Assembly: GCF_001194135.2 (NCBI RefSeq)
Contig: NC_068981.1
Coordinates: 5,936,923 to 6,000,922 of the forward strand
DNA from: Octopus bimaculoides
Lineage: Eukaryota
Length of the DNA: 64,000 nucleotides
Direction of reading: 5' to 3'
Shown: positions 51,901 to 58,262 of the stretch, one piece after another
How positions within the stretch are numbered: position 1 is the stretch's first letter
Layout: each line of letters opens with the position of its first letter
Notes under the pieces: generated by a model
What the model saw: only the letters and a program-made list of their open reading frames with translations
Databases searched by the model: none
What the model was told of the DNA's origin: nothing
Program-made: the position numbers and the translations under genes

Positions 51901-54900
51901 GACACATCTAAAATAGAACATGAAAAATAAATGCTGTAAAATTGTGTGGAATTCTAATGCCATCTCTGCTGTGAAGCATATAGCTTATGTTAAGCACTAC
52001 ACCAAGGTGACATTGCAACTTTAGACCATCCAAATTAGTAGCCTTAAACTAAGCAGCTACAACAATATAGTAATGACCCATCAACAAGAATCACAGTCCA
52101 CACAGTATTCAGTGGGTCATACAGGGTGTTCAAAAAGTCTCTCTGCAGTTAATTTATTAATCCAGTGCATGAGCAACTTGGTTATCAGTGTGTGGGTGGC
52201 TGGGTGTCAGCCATTGTCCTCAGTCATTGTCTACCCTCCAGCGTGTCGACATACTAACCATTGAAGAACGTAAGTTTTTAGTTGAATGGGTGTTTCAAGC
52301 TGGAAACAAATAGACAGATACTGTGAAACAGAAGTTCAGTGAAACTTTTCCAGATACTGTTGTTCCACATCATGACACTGTGCGGGATTTGATAAGAAAA
52401 TTTAGAAACACAGGCTCAGTGGAAGACGCAGCAAGAAGCAGTAGGCCTACTTTTCTTTCAGATGCAACACTCTCCAATATTTCTGATAAACTGTTGGCAA
52501 GCCCATCAAAGACCTTACGCAAATTGTCACAAGAAACGGAAATCAGCCTAGGAAGTGCTCACATGGCAGTAAAAGAGAAATTAAATTTTATGTATTGAAA
52601 ATGAAGGACAACACTTTCAACACCTCTTATAAAGTTTTTTAAAGTCTTGTAAAGTTTAATATATTCTTTTGTAGTCTTATAACATCTTATAAATATTTAT
52701 TTTGCAATAAAATACTGTGGAGAGACTTTTTGAATACCCTGTATTACATTACAAATTTCACACATAAAAATAAGGAATGAAGTTATAACTTCATCTGCAG
52801 GATTCGGGCATTGCNNNNNNNNNNNNNNNNNNNNNNNNNNNNNNNNNNNNNNNNNNNNNNNNNNNNNNNNNNNNNNNNNNNNNNNNNNNNNNNNNNNNNN
52901 NNNNNNNNNNNNNNNNNNNNNNNNNNNNNNNNNNNNNNNNNNNNNNNNNNNNNNNNNNNNNNNNNNNNNNNNNNNNNNNNNNNNNNNNNNNNNNNNNNNN
53001 NNNNNNNNNNNNNNNNNNNNNNNNNNNNNNNNNNNNNNNNNNNNNNNNNNNNNNNNNNNNNNNNNNNNNNNNNNNNNNNNNNNNNNNNNNNNNNNNNNNN
53101 NNNNNNNNNNNNNNNNNNNNNNNNNNNNNNNNNNNNNNNNNNNNNNNNNNNNNNNNNNNNNNNNNNNNNNNNNATATATATATATATATATAATGTCAGT
53201 GTGCATGCATGACAGAGTGTAGGCACTTTGAGAGAAAAGTTGGACCTAAGAAGCATCAGATGTGATGTGCAAGAGACAACTGCACTGGTATGGTCATGTG
53301 TTGCGTATGGACAAGGACAGCTGTGTGAAAAAGTATCACACCCTAGCAGTTGAGGGAATCTGTGGAAGAGGGAGACCCAGGAAGACCTGGGATGAGGTGG
53401 TAAAGCACAACCTTCAAACATTGGGCCTCACCGAGGCAATGACAAGTGACCGAGACCTTTGGAAATATGCTGTGCTTAATAAGACCCGGCAAGCCAAGTG
53501 AGACCATAACCCATGGCCTATGCCAGCGGTGTAACCAGCCTACTTATGCGTTGCTTGCGAAGACCTGTTGAGGCAAGTGACATCACAATCAAAATCAAAT
53601 TCGCTGATGTGGCCAATGACAGCACCACCTGTATGGCAGTTGTGCCAGTGGAACGTTAAAAGCACCATCCGACCGTGATCATTGCCAGAGCCACTGACTG
53701 GTTCCTGTGCCGGTGGCACATAAAAACCACCATTTGAGCGTGGCCGTCGCCAGTACCGCCTGACTGGCCCTTGTTCTGGTGGCACGTAAAAGCACCCACT
53801 ACACTCTTGGAGTGGTTGGTGTTAGGAAGGGCATCCAGCTGTAGAAACTCTGCCAGATCAGATTGAACCTGGTGCAGCCTTCTGGTTTGCCAGTCCTCAG
53901 TCAAATCGTCCAGCCCATGCCAGCATGGAAAGCGGACGTTAAACGATGATGATGACGACAAGGCAGCATATAGGTGCAGGCATGGCAGTCATCATCATTG
54001 TTTGACATCCATTTTCCATGTGTGGAGGCGCAATAGCCCAGTGGTTAAGGCAGCAGACTCATGGTCGTAGGATCATGGTTTCAATTCCCAGAACAGGCAT
54101 TCTTAGTGTTTGAGCAAAAACACCTAAAGCTCCACGAGGCTCTGGCAGGGGATGGTGGCGAACCTTGCTGTACTCTTTCACCATAACTTTCTCTCACTCT
54201 TTCTTCCTGTTTCTGTTGTACCTGTATTTCAATGGGCCAACCTTGTCATACTCTGTGTAATGCTGAATCTCCCCGAGAACTACGTTAAGGGTACATGTGT
54301 CTGTGGAGTGCTCAGCCACTTGCACGTTAATTTCACGAGCAGGCTGTTCCGTTGATCGGATCAACTGGAACCCTTGTCATCGTAACCGACAGTATACCAC
54401 GATTTTCCATGCTTGCATGGGCTGGATGGTTTAACTGAGGACTGACAAGCCAGTAGGCTGCACCAGGCTCCAATCTGATCTGCCCTTCCTAGTGCCAATC
54501 ACTCCTAGAATGTAGTGGGTGCTTTTTACATGCCACCAGCATTGGAGCCAGTCAAGCGGCACTGGCATCAACCACACTTGAATGTTGCTTTTTATGTTCC
54601 ACCGGCACAGGGAGCCAGTCTGGTGGTACTAGCATTGACCCACACTCGAATGGTGCTTATGTGCCGGTCAGGTGGCACTGGCCAGAACTACAATTTTAAT
54701 TTCACTTGACTTAAGTCTTCTCAAGCACATCGTATCGCCCGATGCTTCAAGGGCACTTTTAAATAGGCCAGTTAAGCAACACTGGCATTGGCTACGGCTG
54801 TGATCTCACTTGGTTTGCTGGGTCTTCTCAATCACAGCATATCTCCAAAGGTCTCGGTCTCTTGTCATTGCCTCTGTGAGGTCCAACATTCATGCTTCAC

Positions 54901-56469
54901 CACCTCATCCCATGTCTTCCTGGGTCTACCTCTTCCACTGTTAGGGTGTGACACTTCTTCATACAGCTGTCCTCATGGTTAACAAATTCACTTCAAGGGC
55001 ATCCAGCCATTGAAACCATACCAAAGTGGACATGGAGTCCAGGCAGCTCTTCAGCTGACCAGCTTCATGTCAAGCTGCCCAACCCATGCCAGCATGGAAA
55101 ACAAACGTATGATGATGGTTTCAGGTTCATCCTCAACTGCATGGAACCAGGGGCAAATGCATTCACCTATAGCCCAAGGCTTACCAAAGTCTTGTCAGTG
55201 GATTGGATAGAGAGAAACTGAAAGATGTCCATCATATCAAAAGGTGTGTGTGTGTGTGCGTGTTGCCTTGTGTTGATGTTAAATGATGGTCGTAAATGAT
55301 CATCACCAGCATACAAGCAGCGCCGTTCATTTCCAACTGCATCCATGAAAATATGCCCAGCCTTGGAGAAATATTATCTTGTCTGGAAACAGGTGAACAT
55401 TGGACAGAGAAAGGGCATCCAACTGTAGAAAATCTGTTTAAATGAATTCCGTTTGACCCACGAAAACATGGAAAAAGTGAATACTCTTAACAGAAAATGA
55501 ATCAATCAGTAATTTAGCTACCAGCCCCCCATCCACAAACACACCCTTATTAATTTAAGCAGATGTGATTGATATTTCTACTGAATTACTGTTCAATTCT
55601 GTTCCTGGTTTTCCTTCACTTCCTCAAAATATTGCATTGATCTTATAATATCAACAGAATGTAAAAGTTGCCAAGAATATTAACTTCCAATCTCTCAAAT
55701 TGACTCAAAAGCTACAATGAATAACAGGACTGAGAACAGAACCTTGGTAAATACCCATCCAAATTCTACAAGTTTTTTCATATAATTTAATATTAATTGT
55801 AATTTTCTTTCCAGCTTCTCCGTACATCACTTGAATATTCTTTAGATGCCATCTATGAACACCCATCTGACCACATCATCCTTTTAATGTCCACCTTTCC
55901 ATTCTTGCATGGGTCAGGTTGAGTTTGTTGAGACAGATTTTCTACAGCTGGATGCCCTTCCTGTAGTCAACCCTCATCTGTTTCCAAGAACCTGATTTTG
56001 CAAAATATTTTAAATGAATGACACTGCTTGTATGACAGTGACACTTATTTACGACTATCACATGATGTCAAGACAAGGAAACACAAACATACACACACAA
56101 ACACACAATAGGCTTCTTTTGAAGTGCTTTGCTCAAGAACATAATGAGCTACCTGGTCCAGAAGTTGAACCCACAACTATGATTGGAAGCTCAACACCCC
56201 CTAACCTCAAGGCCACACAGCTTCACCAGCTGTCATCAAAATAACAAGAAAAACTCAGCCACAGAAAAATATAATTATCAATATTAAGTCTGGAAGAATT
56301 TAGAAAAGTCTGAATATTTTTTCTGCTGACATTTTCTGAAATATAAAAACAGTGAAAATACTTACACTTTTGTATCCAGTTTATAGCCATTGGTGTTTGA
56401 AAGAATTGTTTCCATGTCAACAGACAATGCCAAAGTAAATAATGCTGCACATATGAGGGCACGCAACAT
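1029..56469 (-). CDS. Mcr: Macroglobulin complement-related (Mcr/Tep6-like) TEP/A2M-superfamily gene; 34 visible coding exons, one internal exon missing, 3' end outside window
   Basis: Manual splicing of 34 GT-AG exons gives a continuous frame except at one junction. It contains a signal peptide, MG-domain motifs (TYLIAVPRKIRP, PRFDVNVT, NRGKDFTRDT), an LDLa module, RGEQVG, a TED with PYGVAEN, FIVKTL/LTAYVYIAL/TTAYALL, GGMSSTQDT and MG8 SGMSVLEVDIPTGY...VYDYYEP. Confidence 0.9.
2020..2194 (-). CDS. Mcr: Coding exon, MG8/A2M receptor-binding: WKFTTWSLVSGMSVLEVDIPTGY...IVYYFES
   Basis: ttgcag/GTAAGA, 175 nt; SGM.V.EV..PTGY motif. Confidence 0.96.
3400..4260 (-). mobile_element. Highly degraded LINE reverse-transcriptase remnant (probably RTE)
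   Basis: VSVVGNNVEVVNHFAYL...EPEVLK resembles the RT thumb V.V.G..VE.V..F.YLG motif; many stops. Confidence 0.55.
4354..4490 (-). CDS. Mcr: Coding exon, MG8 start: LTSTVNVEY...FTGRNDSIMDMRICV(S)
   Basis: aaatag/GTCAGT, 137 nt; phase 2 joins T TGG of the next exon. Confidence 0.92.
5092..5306. repeat. Foldback inverted repeat, ~80-bp arms
   Basis: aattgatcaaaggacatactaa...ttttaatc / gattaaaa...ttagtatgtcctttgatcaatt. Confidence 0.9.
5935..6000 (-). CDS. Mcr: Coding exon, CUBf: VGPHVYSYVRAQILGTGRAMFQ
   Basis: cattcag/GTAAAA, 66 nt; GTG.A..Q motif. Confidence 0.9.
6333..6494 (-). CDS. Mcr: Coding exon, TED end/CUBf: DTITALEALYQY...YTHMSIVK
   Basis: ttgcag acceptor; DT..AL.AL motif; the donor GTGCTG is weak but in phase with the next exon. 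Confidence 0.9.
6590..6812. repeat. 18-bp minisatellite (ggttaattagagagtcga-like)
   Basis: About 10 units; translates as the (SLINxx)n ORF. Confidence 0.9.
6910..7227. mobile_element. hAT-type MITE with 8-bp TSD
   Basis: TIRs caggggttcccaaa / tttgggaaccagtg; GGTTAGGG duplicated at 6910-6917 and 7220-7227. Confidence 0.85.
7594..7835 (-). CDS. Mcr: Coding exon, TED: (D)EEKYFSEP...VQTTAYALL...KWLNSMRNTVGGMSSTQ
   Basis: tttaag/GTAAGG, 242 nt; TAYALL and GG..STQ motifs. Confidence 0.96.
8845..9022 (-). CDS. Mcr: Coding exon, TED: DAGPCAVTARNTAAQYL...LAITTYALSL...LWKLHKG
   Basis: ttaacag/GTACAT, 178 nt; A..YL and A...YAL motifs. Confidence 0.92.
9190..9860. repeat. Degenerate minisatellite (gtataggcagagagat-like) with ATAG/AGAC arrays
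   Basis: Directly visible. Confidence 0.85.
9874..9975 (-). CDS. Mcr: Coding exon, TED: SSRTSWQNSILQMDPMALTAYVYIALHSVSKGTN
   Basis: ttctag/GTGAGT, 102 nt; LTAYV.IAL motif. Confidence 0.94.
10238..10570. mobile_element. Degraded hAT-like MITE
   Basis: cagggattctcaacc start and ggttgag-type end with ggaccc subterminal motifs; no TSD seen. Confidence 0.55.
11410..11578 (-). CDS. Mcr: Coding exon, TED: LTAFIVKTL...SWLCAQQNDTGVFDTEYYVYDRKM
   Basis: tttcag/GTAAGA, 169 nt; WLTAF..K and WL..QQ...G.F motifs. Confidence 0.96.
11643..12065 (+). mobile_element. tRNA-derived CORE-like SINE with internal (AT)n(GT)n
   Basis: tRNA-like head ggcacaggagtggctgcgtggtaag...ggttcagtccc; ggcaccttgggcaagtgtc resembles the CORE domain. 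Other copies at 1375-1750(-), 4580-4750(-), 8560-8740(-), 17790-17910(-), 28540-28640, 33470-33830 and 35600-35745(-). Confidence 0.8.
12094..12518. mobile_element. piggyBac-like MITE (12279-12503) nested in a second piggyBac-like MITE
   Basis: Both are bounded by TTAACCC...GGGTTAA; a relative of the outer family lies at 3130-3353. Confidence 0.8.
13803..13881 (-). CDS. Mcr: Coding exon, TED: (A)LQRILSYMNEDGSFSMSRDRQKKSV(W)
   Basis: ctacag/GTAAGT, 79 nt; QR.L.Y...DGSFS motif. Confidence 0.95.
15794..15982 (-). CDS. Mcr: Coding exon with degenerate thioester site: GDVVTPGFFEEYLNAENLLYRPYGVAENIAFNFAYN...LKYLNI
   Basis: catcag/GTAAGT, 189 nt; GDV...L...PYGxxExx position. Confidence 0.96.
16531..16868. 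repeat. Inverted repeat, ~145-bp arms, ~50-nt loop
   Basis: The opposite-strand ORFs 16460+ and 16703- translate to near-identical peptides. Confidence 0.9.
16866..17650 (-). mobile_element. Degraded mariner transposase remnant, 3'-truncated
   Basis: Minus strand gives QWVPHKLS, RIVAGDEKWVLYKN, GLHPCKV and FHQDNAQPHTA with stops and frameshifts. Confidence 0.88.
18225..18396 (-). CDS. Mcr: Coding exon, CUBg: SDGILNYYHIPYLVDL...YVPGSGKAASYIF(G)
   Basis: ttgcag/GTAAGT, 172 nt; VPGS motif. Confidence 0.94.
18540..18733. repeat. Foldback inverted repeat, ~64-bp arms
   Basis: attctgttgtgtctggggagagtcatt / aatgactctccccagacacaacagaat. Confidence 0.9.
19271..20100 (-). mobile_element. RTE-clade LINE 3' portion: ORF2 end, long 3'UTR and (GAT)n tail
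   Basis: Minus ORF ending GRGSPRKTWDEVMKHD...LWRYAVTEKT, continuous with the abundant tail element. Confidence 0.88.
20341..20472 (-). CDS. Mcr: Coding exon, MG7: LEPGQSKDIYMPIIP...HRVCVK
   Basis: ttctag/GTAAGT, 132 nt. Confidence 0.93.
21323..21439 (-). CDS. Mcr: Coding exon, MG7: VLVTAHASPYHKFV...DMQTIVF
   Basis: tttcag/GTAAGT, 117 nt. Confidence 0.92.
21809..21928 (-). CDS. Mcr: Coding exon, MG7: YDASRYMYIQVEAPTYIVRGEQVGFRVTVFNFWDKDDFIE
   Basis: atttag/GTAAAA, 120 nt; P...RGE..TVFN motif. Confidence 0.95.
22391..22508 (-). CDS. Mcr: Coding exon, MG6b: PDGRVDFRIKTPKYPLTWVMHGLSISRDLGLGIMSAPVM
   Basis: ttgacag/GTAAGC, 118 nt; TW...S...GLG motif. Confidence 0.95.
22534..22998. mobile_element. 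Dimer of ~220-bp piggyBac-like MITEs (contains an N gap)
   Basis: TTAACCCTTTC...AAAGGGTTAA units separated by a 23-nt spacer. Confidence 0.8.
24597..24702 (-). CDS. Mcr: Coding exon: (C)KYETKQKLITDIDRVSRVQRFYDDSSWIWQEYFV(K)
   Basis: tttttag/GTAAGT, 106 nt; W.W motif at the start of MG6b. Confidence 0.94.
25251..25364 (-). CDS. Mcr: Coding exon: LDL-receptor class A module TCNTDPDYYPCFLSGCYSEQQRCDKRFDCADGADEHE(C)
   Basis: ctcag/GTGAGT, 114 nt, phase 1-1; six-Cys spacing with DC.DG.DE motif. Confidence 0.95.
26222..26508. repeat. Near-complete palindrome, ~135-bp arms, ~10-nt loop
   Basis: aaagattgtttgccaacataac...ccaggagacatcgtctcca / tggagacgatgtctcctgg...gttatgttggcaaacaatcttt. Confidence 0.92.
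27506..27554 (-). CDS. Mcr: Coding exon: RAGLLILTDANVTQKF
   Basis: ttgcag/GTGAGT, 49 nt; AGL.ILTDA linker motif. Confidence 0.93.
28336..28473 (-). CDS. Mcr: Coding exon, linker: LIDELYTYDE...GYGMDADSTFL
   Basis: tttgtag/GTAGGT, 138 nt. Confidence 0.93.
29037..29186 (-). CDS. Mcr: Coding exon, MG6a: VRATFNRGKDFTRDTIEINAYADPGSYVAF...ITQNK
   Basis: ctctcag/GTAAGG, 150 nt; PGSYVA motif. Confidence 0.95.
29490..30300 (+). mobile_element. Head-to-tail cluster of four Deu/Nin-domain-like SINE copies
   Basis: Repeated gcctttcatcctttcggggtcgataaattaagtaccag core with (ATT)n tails. Other copies at 32580-32790, 42280-42430, 46480-46890(-, two), 49830-50060(-), 61810-62020(-) and 25400-25600(-). Confidence 0.8.
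30348..30542 (-). CDS. Mcr: Coding exon, MG5: IVAKGNILLG...MVPTARIVVYFIR...AANNE
   Basis: cttcag/GTAAGA, 195 nt; M.P.AR.VVY motif. Confidence 0.96.
30618..31426 (+). mobile_element. Internally deleted mariner (DD34D-type) element with both TIRs
   Basis: TA-flanked TIRs (caagggtgggctgaaaggttca / tgaacgtttcagcccaccttcg). Remnant HTH (KWAAEFKRDRESLEDDPRSGRP) is fused to LLHQDNA...PDLAPSDHFLFPNMKK...WKKCMDGRGDYVE. Confidence 0.92.
31901..31963 (-). CDS. Mcr: Coding exon, MG5: VNEFMVFHVTTSAYVEKVFYQ
   Basis: ctttaag/GTGAGT, 63 nt. Confidence 0.9.
33040..33460 (+). mobile_element. Old RTE LINE 3' remnant plus tail
   Basis: Degenerate GRPRKT.DRVVRKDLQVLEL; ends in gatgatgatg. Confidence 0.7.
33848..33949 (-). 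CDS. Mcr: Coding exon: ASYEDSEDAKLIASRYFSESQTYISVTTSTKNPM
   Basis: tgtccag/GTAAGT, 102 nt, phase 0-0. Confidence 0.92.
36362..36572. repeat. Foldback inverted repeat, ~64-bp near-identical arms
   Basis: caacttaatgtgacagtcccatgaaagggaagaatgctactgttatttagccctagg and its reverse complement. Confidence 0.92.
36762..36947 (-). CDS. Mcr: Coding exon, MG4: LALMKPDGS...VEIITFT
   Basis: ttccag/GTAAGT, 186 nt; PDGS motif. Confidence 0.92.
37000..37290 (+). mobile_element. R4/Dong-like (RLE) LINE 3' end
   Basis: VIGVLGRIS...EHLQKSSLLGTARVPHRVLEA matches the RLE C-terminal V.G.LG...LQK..LLGTA motif. Confidence 0.75.
38098..38337 (-). CDS. Mcr: Coding exon, MG3/MG4: FNGRIDFRFG...FKPNTLVSVT
   Basis: tttcag/GTAAGT, 240 nt open frame. 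Confidence 0.93.
39714..39840 (-). CDS. Mcr: Coding exon, MG3: HTSGKATIGSAV...LQKDVEY
   Basis: ttcag/GTAAGT, 127 nt, phase-compatible. Confidence 0.92.
41607..42171 (+). mobile_element. Tc1/mariner-superfamily (maT/rosa-like) deletion derivative retaining the catalytic C-terminus
   Basis: TA-flanked TIRs cagggtattcaaagggtctctccgcagt / actgcggagagactttctggacaacctg; YFQQDGATAHT...RSPDLTPPD remnant. Confidence 0.88.
42445..42529 (-). CDS. Mcr: Coding exon, MG3: (W)TPRFDVNVTVSPYFMDDVDSIGGVVMA(N)
   Basis: ttttccag/GTAAGT, 85 nt; PRF.V.V motif. Confidence 0.94.
44131..44170 (-). CDS. Mcr: Coding exon: NIIYEHYFRVEEF
   Basis: ttccag/GTAAGT, 40 nt; F.VEE motif at the MG2/MG3 boundary. Confidence 0.92.
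45475..45548 (-). CDS. Mcr: Coding exon, MG2: GIVSENFELADQPKFGNWSIAVHAS
   Basis: cttcag/GTAAGT, 74 nt; F.L...P..G.W.I motif. Confidence 0.93.
45612..46145. repeat. Probable ~530-bp interspersed repeat of unknown class between (ATT)n tracts
   Basis: Flanked on both sides by ATT microsatellite; no exon-like frame; single copy in this window. Confidence 0.4.
46211..46265 (-). CDS. Mcr: Coding exon, MG2: DPTGFVVRRWLGQQTNAG
   Basis: tgtacag/GTAAGT, 55 nt, phase-compatible; conserved DP.G..V..W motif. Confidence 0.92.
47445..47515 (-). CDS. Mcr: Coding exon, MG2: (V)FFRVVQVYPDLMPVYGSLTIYVK
   Basis: AG acceptor, GTAAG donor, 71 nt; starts in phase 1, which requires a missing upstream exon. Confidence 0.9.
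48660..49287 (-). mobile_element. RTE-clade LINE 3' portion
   Basis: Minus ORF RRLRWYGHVLRMDKESCVKKC...GRPRKTWDEVVKHDL. Confidence 0.88.
49332..49807. other. Assembly gap. Other gaps: 10836-10899, 22555-22693, 52815-53173, 61429-61759
   Basis: Runs of N. Confidence 0.99.
50803..50986 (-). CDS. Mcr: Coding exon 2, MG1: TYLIAVPRKIRP...SRIMQLQ
   Basis: tttttcag acceptor, GTGAGT donor, 184 nt; typical TEP N-terminal motif. Confidence 0.95.
52120..52743 (+). mobile_element. Same Tc1/mariner family, deletion derivative retaining the N-terminal HTH region
   Basis: TIRs cagggtgttcaaaaagtctctctgcagt / actgtggagagactttttgaataccctg; ORF 52323-52598 (KFRNTGSVEDAARSSRP); the 3' ~130 bp is nearly identical to 42025-42171. 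Confidence 0.88.
53190..53958 (+). mobile_element. RTE-clade LINE 3' portion
   Basis: RQLHWYGHVLRM...GRGRPRKTWDEVVKH ORF end, UTR and GATGATGAT tail. Confidence 0.9.
53989..54980 (-). mobile_element. RTE-clade LINE 3' portion interrupted by a SINE
   Basis: CATCATCAT tail at 53989; the element resumes at 54402 after the SINE; ORF-end sequence near 54850-54970. Confidence 0.8.
54021..54401 (+). mobile_element. tRNA-derived SINE (third family) with a 10-bp target duplication
   Basis: A-box tagcccagtgg and B-box ggtttcaattcc; ATTTTCCATG at 54011-54020 and 54402-54411. Relatives at 15490-15760, 6140-6270(-), 27850-28090(-) and 39270-39560(-). Confidence 0.85.
56366..56469 (-). CDS. Mcr: Coding exon 1: start codon and signal peptide MLRALICAALFTLALSVDMETILSNTNGYKLDTK(V)
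   Basis: Acceptor tttctatag leaves 8 nt of UTR (exon begins 56477); ATG at 56469; hydrophobic N-terminus; GTAAGT donor in phase 2 matches the next exon. Confidence 0.85.
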
Positions 56470-56549
56470 CTTGGTATCTATAGAAACAAGAATAATGAAA
56501 TATGAAAGCACAGAGAAGTCAAGAATAGATGATTATTATTATTATTATT

Positions 56550-56845
56550 ATTATAGATGTCGCACAGTATACAATGTTGTGAGGTTGTTGATTGAAGATA
56601 TTGTGTCTCCCGCAGGTATTGAACTGTTTGTCAAGTCACAACAAGGACCTCAGACAGACAGTACTTTACGCAATACGTGTGCAGTTCCAAGTAATGCCGA
56701 CTTTTGCAATACATCCAGATTGTAGGATATTTCTAAGGTTTTCAGATGTTTTTTTCAGATTGGGTGGTATTGAACCCAATGCTCTGATGACAGTAGGGAT
56801 AATTTTTGCGTTCGACTCTAATAGCTGCCACATCTTAGTGATTTA
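56550..56845 (-). mobile_element. R4/Dong-like LINE 3' end embedded in a (TAT)n tract
   Basis: Minus strand IIPTVIRALGSIPPNLKKHL...LQKSALLGTAHVLRKVL, with (TAT)n on both sides. Confidence 0.8.
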
Positions 56846-57109
56846 TTATTATTATTATTATTATTATTACTACTTAGGGCGATGAACTAACAAAAATGTT
56901 AGTACATGGGGCAAAATGCTTAACTGTATTTTACCTGTCTCTGTGTTCAAATTCTGCAAAGGTTATCTTTGCCTTTCATGCTTTTGGGATTGATAAAATA
57001 AGTACCAGTTGTGTATTGGTGTCGATGTAATTGGTTAATCTCACCACTACCACCAATTTTAAGCCTCATGCCTATAGTAGGAAAGATTATTCTTATCATA
57101 TGAAATCTC

Positions 57110-57420
57110 ACAGCTTATTTTGCTGGGTATGATGGAAAGTGTCAGCTATCCAGGACAGGAGAACTAAGGTGACACTTGTTTTACTGGTCATACTTCAAGA
57201 AACCTGCAAAGAATTCTTGCATTTCCCAGGAATACTGATTTATCTTAGGTGTTCTATCTTTACTTTTGTACCAATCTTTTTCAGCCATGTTGGTAGGCGA
57301 GTGCTGATACTTCCAAATGCACCAATTACCTTTGGTATCACGTCTACTCTCTTCATTGACCACAACCTTCGTATTTCCTACATTAAACCATCATAGTTGT
57401 TTATTTTTTTCTTCTTCTTT
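57110..57420 (-). mobile_element. R4/Dong-like LINE 3' end, same family as 37000-37290
   Basis: The reverse complement shares ctaccaacatgg.t.aaaaagattggtacaaa.gtaaagatagaacacct and the UTR aagtgtcaccttagt. Confidence 0.75.
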
Positions 57421-58044
57421 CACACTGACCCTGTTGCCACTGGGGCATGCTATGTCAATGATATTCTTATTACCACTACTACTGAAACAGATAATAGGTA
57501 ATTAGCACTATTCTATTATTGGTTTGTTTTTTTAATTTAACTTAGGCATTTAAACTTTGGTTGATGTCCAATAGAAAGTAAAGCTAATAGATCAAACTAC
57601 CTCTCTTCTCTTCCTCATATTTCTGCTTCATGTACTGAAATATTTCCCACTCCCCAATCCTGTCCTCTTGGCCCTCTGCCACTGTATCATTGCTCTCCGC
57701 TTGCCCCTGACCTGTATGTTCTACCCATATGTCCTGTCCTACTCATTATTGCTATCTGGCTAGTCGTCAACTTGGGTGTTCCACCCACACGAAACAAGAA
57801 AACTTCTCCCTTGCTCTACCCCAACAAACCAATCTACATCTCTTCTCTTGCTCACATTTCCTCCTTCATACCCTATGCCTACCTCTCACTCCCCAATCCT
57901 GTCCTCACACCCCTGTTCCTCTGTATCATTGCTACCTGGTAGCCACTCCAACTCTATATATACCCAGGTCTTTCACCACTTACTCACACTCCCTTCACAA
58001 TATCCTGCAACTTACATTATGACATTTGAACCTCAAAGTTATGC

Positions 58045-58262
58045 TCTGGCACTTGCCACTATCTATCTCTCTCTCTCTCCCTAGCACTTGCCACCATCTC
58101 TATCTCTCTCTCTCTCTCCCTGGCACTTGCCACTATCTCTATCTCTCTCTCTCTCTCCCTGGCACTTGCCGCTATCTCTATTTCTCTCTCTCCCTGGCAC
58201 TTGCTACTATCTCTATCTCTCTCTCTCCCTGGCACTTGCCACTATCTCTATCTCTCTCTTCC
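58045..58262. repeat. ~33-37-bp minisatellite ctggcacttgccactatctcta(tc)n
   Basis: About six units. Confidence 0.9.

Noticed and set aside
54021-54095. tRNA gene
   Set aside because: The A/B boxes belong to a SINE head continuing into a repeat body with a TSD; I see no full cloverleaf.
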